A stretch of DNA of 62,399 bases, filler included, from Collodictyon triciliatum (Eukaryota), in NCBI GenBank assembly GCA_043381765.1. It is 6 parts of 6 records of this genome, joined end to end, with 100 filler letters (N's around TTAATTAATTAA, not from the genome) between each part and the next. Parts side by side here need not be neighbours in the genome. Positions count along the whole stretch, not along the records: positions 29,210 to 43,707 come from JBHJMP010001809.1; positions 43,808 to 58,485 come from JBHJMP010001810.1; 4 more parts are not named here. One strand, written 5' to 3'. The notes beneath the pieces are model-generated. The model saw nothing but the letters and a program-made list of their open reading frames with translations. It did no database searches and was not told where the DNA came from. The position numbers and the translations under genes were made by a program. Positions 37,570 through 46,260 of this stretch are shown here, in pieces. The stretch's first letter is position 1. Every line of letters begins with the position of its first letter.

Positions 37570-40500
37570 ATGGGTAAAAAAGATATCAAAACTCCTATCA
37601 AAACTCCTAGTAAAACAACACCAGGTAAAGTATATACTGGAAGTGCTGTAAGAACACGAATGGCAGAAGAAAAACAACAAGAAGAATATGCAAAATTAAG
37701 AGAATCTCAAAGGCAAGAAAGAGAAGCTGAAGAACGATTAAAAAAGTCTATAAGTGAACAAGACTATCGACAACAGTATTTCGAAGATTATTTTGAAAGA
37801 TCATTGAAAGGTAATATATACGATGCCAAGGGGGGGCAAATTAGTAATTTTGGGGATTTTTTTGTTGCTTTGGCAACAATGAAAACTTCAACAAAACGTC
37901 TTAATTTTCAACCAAAAACAAATGAATTTTTAAAGAGTGGAATAATAAAAGATATGTTGGTTAATTTGGTACCTGAAGAATCCAAGAGTGCGTTTGATAA
38001 GGTACCTTGGACAATAAACACAATATGGCACGTTTTTAATGCAACTCCAATAAAAAAACTAGGTAATGAAATAACATTTACTACAGACCAAGAAACGAAT
38101 GACGTTTGGTTTAATGAAATGAAAGAGTTAGCAAAACAACAAAGTAGAGGGGCTACACCGACTTTATCACGCAGACCATCTGCTGTAGCTGAATCTGCTA
38201 ATGTAAAAATGGAAATTCCGTCAGCAGACCAAATGAGTCGAATGCTTGCTGGCACAAAAAGTAGGCCAGGCAAAGCACCAGTCGAAGCTCCTTCGGCTTC
38301 GCAACCAACTAAATCACCTCGAAAATCACCAGTTAAACCCGCTTTCCCCCCAACTCTTGACCCAAATACTGGGATAGATACTAGAAATCCAACACCTACA
38401 AAATCACCTCGAAAATCACCTGTGAAACCCGCTTTTCCTCCAACTCTTGATCCAAATACTGGGATAGATACTAGAAATCCAACACCTAAAAAGTCACCAG
38501 CTCCACCAGCCAAATCACCCGCAAAATCAACTCCAAAAACGCCAGTTAAACCTGCTTTCCCTCCAACCCTCGATCCAAATACTGGTATAGATACCAGACT
38601 TGCTACACCCGGAAAATCACCTGTTGAATTATTAAAAGCCAAACTAGATCAAATAACAAAAGAAAAAGTTAAGGAATTTAAGGATGAAATATCAAAAATA
38701 AGCCCACAAGTCAAAGTAGATAGTCCAACTCAACAAACAGAAATTCCACTTAGTAGAAGAATACTAGAATCAGAAACACCTGCAGGTAAAGCAAGGCAAA
38801 AAAAAGTTGAAGAAGCGAAAAAAAAAATGGCAGAGGGCTCACCACCTCAAACAAATATATGGTCACCACCTAAATCTGATTCTCCAATTAAAGTTGACAC
38901 AAGTCCACCAAAGAGCGCAAGCCCAAAACCTATAACATTACCAAAACCCAAATCACCAGTCAAAGATGTTATTGAGCCATTTAAACATTTTACTCCCACC
39001 AAAGAACAAGAAAAAAGTCCAGTTGTTGAAAAAGTTATTGCTGAATTGCCTGTAGATGAATTGCCAAAAAGATACACTCCATCAGTATATAAATCCAAAT
39101 TATATAATGATTACAGACAGCATTTAATGGATTTATGGATAAAAGATGCAACTCGTTATTATTCAACAACACCAAGACCAAGTATTGTTAGTTTTCTAGA
39201 ATTTTTAAATTCATTTTTAGCATTAAAAACTGATGTTGATGACAGAGTAGCTACTCAAAAATTTAATATAAAAAAATCGAGATTTTTATTAAACGATTTT
39301 TCACAATTATTTTTTCACAAGGCTTTTGGGATAAGAATGCCTGATATTGATAATGAAGAAGATATTGTTGACGATGATTTGGTTATGGATCTTAATCCAC
39401 TTGTATTAAATAAAGAATCATTAAAGCCTCTTGTAATTGAACGATTTATAAATTATTTAACTGAAATTACCCCGATGCAAAAAGTGCGAAATAGAAATAT
39501 AGCTGCAGAAAGAGAAGCAGCCATTGAAAAACCACCAGAGGTTCAACCAAAAAAAAAACCAATATTAACAGATCTTGAATTAGAAATTGCACAAAAAACA
39601 GGAGAAAAAATTAAAAAGGCTCGAGAGCTTGCAGAAAAAAAAGCTGAAGAAGAAAGATTAGAACAACAGGCTAAAGAAGAAAGAATTAGAAGAATGGCAG
39701 AACAACAAAGAGAAGCTGAACGAGAAGCCGTGAGAGCAAGAGACCAAGCAGAGCGCGATGAAAGAGAAGCATTTTTAAAAATACCAATTTTTAGTAGATA
39801 TTTATATAATGAAGATGAGGATTTATATACTTTTATTAGTGAATTTGACATAAAAAAAGATATAGAAAGATTAAGCGCTCGTAATAGAATAAAATTTTTG
39901 ACAATATGGTATGATGAATTTGCAAAGGTATTGTATCACTTAAAATATGATGTTACTCGAGATAATTTAGGTTGGAATTATTCAACTTTAGATATTATAA
40001 ATAATGAAGAAGACTATAATAAATTTAAAAATATTTATCAAAGAGTATTTCAAGAAATTAATGAAAAATATGATGTTTCACCTATAGGAAAAGTATTTAA
40101 TATATCCAAACTTGAATTAGATATTATAAAAGAAATTAATCAAGATATGTTAAATCAAAGTCAAGAAAGATTTAACACTCAAGATGATACTAGTGATGTA
40201 TCAATGAAAGATAAAACTATTCAAGGAGAATCATATGATGAAGAATTAAATATTACCAGTAATATTACATTTGATTTAAAATATGATATAAACACATATT
40301 TTGATGATGATGAACAAAAAATAATAAATATGATTCATAATCCAAATACCTCATACCTTGATGTTTTTGTAAATGATGAAAATAATCAAAGAGCAATGAA
40401 AAAAATGTCTTATGATTTAATCATACGGGTTAAAAGACTAATAGAAAGTTATACAGATAAATTATATAAAAAAATTAATCCAAATAATTATAAGATTGGA

Positions 40501-40860
40501 AAGTCTATAACATTTAATTTAGATAAAAAAAATACAATTATATTTTTGAGCGCATATGCAATTTTATGTTCTCAATTATCTAGTAATTACGATGATTTAA
40601 ATCAATCGATTAAATTATGGCTTTTGGCAATTAAAAATTATAATCAAAAAATAAATCAAATATATGATAGTGTTCAACCAAGTGAATTTGATTTGAAACA
40701 AACAGCAGTTAATGAGTCTATAAATGAATTAACTCCAATTCAAAAACGACAATTTAATCAGGTGATTAGGCAAACGGCAGCCCCAATAAATCAAAATAAA
40801 TATTTATATATTATTTGGTTGGATAATCAAAAAACGCGGTATATTGGAATAACAAAATAA
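37570..40860 (+). CDS. Large S/T-P-x-K-rich, coiled-coil hypothetical viral protein (~1096 aa)
   Basis: First ATG at 37570 (the TTG start at 37489 lies inside the IR). Internal 30-aa repeats KSPRKSPVKPAFPPTLDPNTGIDTR. Confidence 0.8.
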   Translation: MGKKDIKTPIKTPSKTTPGKVYTGSAVRTRMAEEKQQEEYAKLRESQRQEREAEERLKKSISEQDYRQQYFEDYFERSLKGNIYDAKGGQISNFGDFFVALATMKTSTKRLNFQPKTNEFLKSGIIKDMLVNLVPEESKSAFDKVPWTINTIWHVFNATPIKKLGNEITFTTDQETNDVWFNEMKELAKQQSRGATPTLSRRPSAVAESANVKMEIPSADQMSRMLAGTKSRPGKAPVEAPSASQPTKSPRKSPVKPAFPPTLDPNTGIDTRNPTPTKSPRKSPVKPAFPPTLDPNTGIDTRNPTPKKSPAPPAKSPAKSTPKTPVKPAFPPTLDPNTGIDTRLATPGKSPVELLKAKLDQITKEKVKEFKDEISKISPQVKVDSPTQQTEIPLSRRILESETPAGKARQKKVEEAKKKMAEGSPPQTNIWSPPKSDSPIKVDTSPPKSASPKPITLPKPKSPVKDVIEPFKHFTPTKEQEKSPVVEKVIAELPVDELPKRYTPSVYKSKLYNDYRQHLMDLWIKDATRYYSTTPRPSIVSFLEFLNSFLALKTDVDDRVATQKFNIKKSRFLLNDFSQLFFHKAFGIRMPDIDNEEDIVDDDLVMDLNPLVLNKESLKPLVIERFINYLTEITPMQKVRNRNIAAEREAAIEKPPEVQPKKKPILTDLELEIAQKTGEKIKKARELAEKKAEEERLEQQAKEERIRRMAEQQREAEREAVRARDQAERDEREAFLKIPIFSRYLYNEDEDLYTFISEFDIKKDIERLSARNRIKFLTIWYDEFAKVLYHLKYDVTRDNLGWNYSTLDIINNEEDYNKFKNIYQRVFQEINEKYDVSPIGKVFNISKLELDIIKEINQDMLNQSQERFNTQDDTSDVSMKDKTIQGESYDEELNITSNITFDLKYDINTYFDDDEQKIINMIHNPNTSYLDVFVNDENNQRAMKKMSYDLIIRVKRLIESYTDKLYKKINPNNYKIGKSITFNLDKKNTIIFLSAYAILCSQLSSNYDDLNQSIKLWLLAIKNYNQKINQIYDSVQPSEFDLKQTAVNESINELTPIQKRQFNQVIRQTAAPINQNKYLYIIWLDNQKTRYIGITK
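38308..38598 (+). repeat. Coding 90-bp tandem repeat (2 full copies plus 1 partial)
   Basis: Visible at DNA and protein level; differences between the full copies are mostly synonymous. Confidence 0.9.
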
Positions 40861-40876
40861 TTTTATTTACATTTAT

Positions 40877-42322
40877 ATGGCACCAAAACAAAGACAAAAA
40901 AATCCTGATGCATTCAAAGAAAGGCAAGCAAGAAATAGAGCTCAGGGTACTACACCAGCTAGGACTGTTGCAGAAGTGGCTCAACAACAGAGTCCATTCG
41001 TAGGATTTGCTCAATTACAACCGGCTCCAGTTAGTTCAAATTCAACTTCACCGCAAGTAGTACCTACACCCGCTAGAAAACCAATGTCAAGAGTAGGTTC
41101 TCCAATGGATCTAATGGGTACATTTTTTGTTAGTGACGATGATATCTTTGCTTCTTCTTCATTGCCTCGACCCCCAGGGCCTCCACCTACGAGTCCTCCA
41201 TTCCAGAGTCCTTTACCCGGTCAGCAAATATTTGGACCCGCATCAGCTGTTCCAATGGCTACAATTCTAAACACTGCTCAAAATCCAGACACAAATCAAA
41301 ATTTATTTACATTTGGGTCACCTGCAAGACAACCTGGAATAAATGACCCATTAAGAATAAGTCCAGCTAGACCTAGTTCAGTTAAAAGTCCAGGTGTAGC
41401 AGGTGCTGTTCCTCCTTTTGCTAGATATCAACCGACAATAGCAGAGGTAAATTCTCCATCGGTAAGAAAAGCTAGAGAACTTGGAGCTACAGAAAAATCA
41501 CCAGCCTCGGCCGCAGATTCACCATCTACTCCAGTAGAAGCACCAAAACTAAACAGAGCGGAAAGAAGAGCCAAAGCAAGAGCAGAAAGAGAAGAAGCAG
41601 ACCGTATATTGGCAGAATCATTGGAAAGAGATTTAAACACAGCACAAACTATTAATGTAGGTAGTATATATGAATCTGCCCGAGAGCCACCAGGTGGAGA
41701 CCCTGATGACCCAGAAGTGGGTGTTGGACAAGGTGGGCCTGCTATTGAGTTAAATCTAAATGAATTTACAAAAGCAATAGCAAACGGTTTTAGATTGGCC
41801 CAGGGTGACTTATATTCTATGGCATCAACCGAGCCAGGTGATTATACATCAAATACAAAAAGCGCAGCTGTTACAGATTTTTATGCCAAAATAGATCCAG
41901 GTATGCCAACTGAACAACGTAGGAGTATAATATTAGAAGAATTTAATAATATTGGAGCTGTTTATGCTGCTTCTCCAAATGAAACTAATATGGATTTACT
42001 TAGGCGCCTAGATTTTGTTAGAAAAATGCAAATTCAAAATCAAGCATTTGCCGATTATCGAAATGGTATTAGTCGTATAGAACCAGGATTTACACCAACA
42101 TCAATGTTTACAAATGAAAAAATACTGGGTACAGCTTTTAATGGAAGTCCCACATCAAAAGTTGTTAGATTTACAAATGGTATTTCGGAAATAAAAATAA
42201 TAGGGGACGGCAATGGTCGATATTATGGAGTACAATCTGGAAAAAGATTTGGCCCTAGAAAATTTGATGAGATAGAACGCTGGGCATCATTAGGTGGATT
42301 TGAAGCAGATGAATTGAAATAA
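40877..42322 (+). CDS. Pro/Ser-rich hypothetical viral protein (481 aa)
   Basis: Long intact ORF 16 nt after the previous stop. Confidence 0.75.
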   Translation: MAPKQRQKNPDAFKERQARNRAQGTTPARTVAEVAQQQSPFVGFAQLQPAPVSSNSTSPQVVPTPARKPMSRVGSPMDLMGTFFVSDDDIFASSSLPRPPGPPPTSPPFQSPLPGQQIFGPASAVPMATILNTAQNPDTNQNLFTFGSPARQPGINDPLRISPARPSSVKSPGVAGAVPPFARYQPTIAEVNSPSVRKARELGATEKSPASAADSPSTPVEAPKLNRAERRAKARAEREEADRILAESLERDLNTAQTINVGSIYESAREPPGGDPDDPEVGVGQGGPAIELNLNEFTKAIANGFRLAQGDLYSMASTEPGDYTSNTKSAAVTDFYAKIDPGMPTEQRRSIILEEFNNIGAVYAASPNETNMDLLRRLDFVRKMQIQNQAFADYRNGISRIEPGFTPTSMFTNEKILGTAFNGSPTSKVVRFTNGISEIKIIGDGNGRYYGVQSGKRFGPRKFDEIERWASLGGFEADELK

Positions 42323-42377
42323 TTAAAAAATTATATGAAAGTGCTAGTCAATCCTCATTTATTGAAAACTGTTGTAT

Positions 42378-42869
42378 TCAAGGCACGGAAATTGTAACAT
42401 TATAAAAATTATCAACCATTTGTTTCCTAAATGCCACAGCGTCTTCAATATTTTGAAAATATTTTTTATGATATGTATATTTAGCAGTACAATAACTAAC
42501 TTGAAATTTTCCATTTTTTTTAATTTTTGAAATACCTCCATAGTTTGTATTTGAATTAAATTTTATACGATTACGTGCATTCATTGATTGATTAACCCAT
42601 CGCAAATTAGTAGAATTATTATTTAATTTATTACCGTCAATGTGATCAATTATATTGTATAATTCAGGACAAGGGTTCGAGACGTGTACAATGGCTACAA
42701 GTCTATGTATCAAATAATATTTTTTACATAATTGAATTTGTTTATAACCCTTGTTGTGTTTTTGAGTTTTTAAAATTGAAAGTTTGTTATTTCTTACATT
42801 TCCAAAAGTACTTATCTCATATTGAGCACAAAAGGGAATAGGTTTATATAATTCTTCATTTAAAGACAT
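42378..42869 (-). CDS. NUMOD4 - HNH endonuclease with AP2-like C-terminus
   Basis: YEISTFGNVRN (NUMOD4), IHRLVA, IDHIDGNKLNNNSTNLRWV (HNH), GISKIKKNGKFQVS...YFQNIEDAVAFR (AP2-like). Confidence 0.88.
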   Translation of the reverse strand: MSLNEELYKPIPFCAQYEISTFGNVRNNKLSILKTQKHNKGYKQIQLCKKYYLIHRLVAIVHVSNPCPELYNIIDHIDGNKLNNNSTNLRWVNQSMNARNRIKFNSNTNYGGISKIKKNGKFQVSYCTAKYTYHKKYFQNIEDAVAFRKQMVDNFYNVTISVP

Positions 42870-42909
42870 TATACTAACTTATATAAATACCTTTAAGTAT
42901 CTTTGCAAG

Positions 42910-43320
42910 ATGACTACACAAACATTTCAAATTACTACCAATGATTACAGCGTCAAAATTCAATATGATGGTCAATTAATTGGTCCATTTACCAAACTTG
43001 AAATTCGCTTCATAAAAGAAGATGTGAAAAACATTAAAGTTGAATGGGATGGCCTGAATCTCAAGATGATAGTTGGGAGGAAAACTGAAACATTTACAAC
43101 TGATGCGTTTAGCTGTTTTTCTGCACATCTAAGATATGATGTCGAGGATAATTACCAAGGCCACCTGGATGCTACTCTTAGCTGTCTTTTTTTGGTTATG
43201 AGGCCTGAGGACTCTCCTAATAGAAGAGCGTGGCTTTTCGCGAGAGAAGAGCTAAAACCATTACTGGTTAGTCTGCTCTGCTATATTCTCAAGCGTCACC
43301 AAGATGATATACAACAATAA
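42910..43320 (+). CDS. Hypothetical viral protein (136 aa)
   Basis: Intact ATG ORF divergent from the HNH gene. Confidence 0.6.
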   Translation: MTTQTFQITTNDYSVKIQYDGQLIGPFTKLEIRFIKEDVKNIKVEWDGLNLKMIVGRKTETFTTDAFSCFSAHLRYDVEDNYQGHLDATLSCLFLVMRPEDSPNRRAWLFAREELKPLLVSLLCYILKRHQDDIQQ

Positions 43321-43355
43321 ACTGACACCACAAAATAAATTTTTTTCAATTTTTA

Positions 43356-43548
43356 TATTCCACATTTGGTATATAAAAATTTATTATTCCACATTTGGTA
43401 TGAATTAAATTATTTATATTCCACATTTGGTATGAATGCAGGGAAATAAGTATTAGGTCAGTCGTCGAGAATTAGGGCGAGGTACCGTACTCGCCATATA
43501 TGGTATGAATGCAGGGAAAGAAGTTATCGGTCAGTCATCGAGAAATAG
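43356..43548. repeat. Sub-terminal direct repeats of the viral element
   Basis: TATTCCACATTTGGTAT at 43356, 43385 and 43417. A ~48-bp unit TGGTATGAATGCAGGGAAA...GGTCAGTCRTCGAGAA at 43428 and 43501, separated by a GGCGAG...CTCGCC hairpin. Confidence 0.9.
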
Positions 43549-43560
43549 AAAAAGGACGTA

Positions 43561-43608
43561 AAGTGACATAATTATATTATTAATATTAATAATATAATTA
43601 TGTCACTT
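43561..43608. repeat. Perfect 48-bp palindrome
   Basis: AAGTGACATAATTATATTATTAAT|ATTAATAATATAATTATGTCACTT; the two 24-nt halves are exact reverse complements. Confidence 0.97.
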
Positions 43609-44682
43609 GCCACCTGTGCCCAGTAGGAACACACAACCCATCAGCCGGTCAAACATCTTGCCTTATTTGCGAAGCAGGAACATATAGTCCATCCGTTGGC
43701 TTAAGCANNNNNNNNNNNNNNNNNNNNNNNNNNNNNNNNNNNNNNNNNNNNTTAATTAATTAANNNNNNNNNNNNNNNNNNNNNNNNNNNNNNNNNNNNN
43801 NNNNNNNTGTTTTATTTTATTGTTTTATTTTATTGTTTTATTTTATTGTTTTATTTTATTGTTTTATTTTATTGTTTTATTTTTCCCTGCACTTTTCATG
43901 TTCTACGAAACGAAATATCCGCGTACCCATTCGTTCATTTTTAAAATGTTATTACATGATATATTCATATCTAATTTACCTCCAATCCCACACCCCAGGG
44001 CCCCAGAAACAGAATGGTTATCTGCCAGTCGCGACAACTGCCATTGAGGGCGGCCATGAAGAGTACGGCCAGGGTGCTTCTTCACCAGAACATGTGCTTT
44101 CAGCCGACTCCGCCCAATCTCGCCTTGCATAGTGATGTAAGCCTACGAATCCCTCTCTTCTACTACCAGGATTCTTTCGCTTCTGTTCGGCATCGTGGTT
44201 GCATTCCGACGGTTGAGACATGCTCATATTCGAAAAAGACAACCCTATCTCGAGTCCTGACCTGCTTGTGGGGCCCAAGCAAATTAATAAACCCATACAT
44301 CTGCATATGACCCGGTTGTGCGGTATCATTATCAAGGGTCAGGCAAGGAAGAGGAAGAGAGAATGGGACAATAAATCACCACAGCGCGACTTGGAATGCT
44401 ATTATAAATCTACTAACAGTATGGGGAATGTAAGATCAAGTGCCGTTTTTTCATGCTTCGCTTTGGCTTTTTCACATTACCTTGCTGTCCACACGCTTAC
44501 AAGGCTGCTTTCCGGGTCACCTCAAAAATTGTGATCCTCATAGGTGTATTTTCCTTTCAGTCGCTCACAACCAAACACGATGATAATAATTATAATAAAA
44601 ATAAATAAAAAAAGCACCTCAAGCTCAAGCTTAAACACCGGACAGGAAAGGGAGGAAAAAACCGGAGAAAAGAAACAGAGTC

Positions 44683-45982
44683 ATGTTCCAGCCGCCGGAA
44701 GATCAGCGCACCGACCTGCAAGCACACATCGCTCAAGTCCGCCCATGGTCGGTTTTTTTCGATCGGTCGCACTTGAGTCTTCCAAAGAGCGCCACGTGGA
44801 AACCCCGCGTCCAACGCAATCTTACCTACTTTCGTATGAACTACATCGCAACGTCGGCAGCGGTCTTTTGTATTAACGTGTGAGTCTCAAGCCTTTTCTT
44901 CAGCNNNNNNNNNNNNNNNNNNNNNNNNNNNNNNNNNNNNNNNNNNNNNNNNNNNNNNNNNNNNNNNNNNNNNNNNNNNNNNNNNNNNNNNNNNNNNNNN
45001 NNNNNNNNNNNNNNNNNNNNNNNNNNNNNNNNNNNNNNNNNNNNNNNNNNNNNNNNNNNNNNNNNNNNNNNNNNNNNNNNNNNNNNNNNNNNNNNNNNNN
45101 NNNNNNNNNNNNNNNNNNNNNNNNNNNNNNNNNNNNNNNNNNNNNNNNNNNNNNNNNNNNNNNNNNNNNNNNNNNNNNNNNNNNNNNNNNNNNNNNNNNN
45201 NNNNNNNNNNNNNNNNNNNNNNNNNNNNNNNNNNNNNNNNNNNNNNNNNNNNNNNNNNNNNNNNNNNNNNNNNNNNNNNNNNNNNNNNNNNNNNNNNNNN
45301 NNNNNNNNNNNNNNNNNNNNNNNNNNNNNNNNNNNNNNNNNNNNNNNNNNNNNNNNNNNNNNNNNNNNNNNNNNNNNNNNNNNNNNNNNNNNNNNNNNNN
45401 NNNNNNNNNNNNNNNNNNNNNNNNNNNNNNNNNNNNNNNNNNNNNNNNNNNNNNNNNNNNNNNNNNNNNNNNNNNNNNNNNNNNNNNNNNNNNNNNNNNN
45501 NNNNNNNNNNNNNNNNNNNNNNNNNNNNNNNNNNNNNNNNNNNNNNNNNNNNNNNNNNNNNNNNNNNNNNNNNNNNNNNNNNNNNNNNNNNNNNNNNNNN
45601 NNNNNNNNNNNNNNNNNNNNNNNNNNNNNNNNNNNNNNNNNNNNNNNNNNNNNNNNNNNNNNNNNNNNNNNNNNNNNNNNNNNNNNNNNNNNNNNNNNNN
45701 NNNNNNNNNNNNNNNNNNNNNNNNGCATCGCTCTGTTCTGGATACTGGGAATCAGCTCGTGCCGTAAGAGATACAACATCACCACCACGATTAACCTCGT
45801 TCTGTCCATCCTGATTCAGTGCTAGATAAATGAGTGCTCGACTCTCATGCGCATATCAATTATTAGGCTTGTTTAAAAAATTTTTCATTTATTTAGTTGT
45901 GCTTGGACACAGCGCCTTTTACGAGCCTGTCAGCGAATCCGGCGGCTTTGAGCGCGTCTTTGGTGACATCCTCGACAGCTGA
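44683..45982 (+). CDS. PRA1 family protein (prenylated Rab acceptor), middle lost in N gap
   Basis: VRPWSVFFD...LSLP...RVQRNLTYFRMNY and C-terminal LGHSAFY. Confidence 0.82.
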
Positions 45983-46260
45983 GCGAAGCAGAGCCCACGG
46001 ACGCGGCATATCTGATTGTTCCCTCATTCATCCTTTTCTGGAATAAATTCTCTGAATTGGAACACTGAACGATCCGCGCAATATCCTAATGTGGCGGCTG
46101 AATGAAACTTTCATGCACTGAACAGATCGCGTCCACGGGAAAAAGCAATCAGCCAAAGAAACTTCCACAGCGGAATCCACACGACTCTGCGCGACTCGAA
46201 CAACGGGACAAAGCTCGCTGCCCTGAAAAGGAAAACCCAAACAAACAAAAGCGAATCTGG

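Larger units (their letters stand above)
29210..43608. mobile_element. Polinton-like virus / virophage-like element (left end truncated by contig edge)
   Basis: Intronless, tightly packed AT-rich ORFs including MCP, A32-like ATPase, PolA-like polymerase-SF3 helicase, rve integrase and HNH. This contrasts sharply with the intron- and microsatellite-rich host DNA. Confidence 0.9.

Noticed and set aside
43356-43433. Three regularly spaced 17-bp repeats resembling a mini CRISPR array
   Set aside because: Repeats and 12-15-bp AT-only spacers are too short, there are no cas genes, and the context is a eukaryotic virus end.
29110-43807. Apparent insertion of the PLV between the Roco and PRA1 loci
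   Set aside because: Both boundaries are artificial spacers, so integration site and neighbours cannot be inferred.
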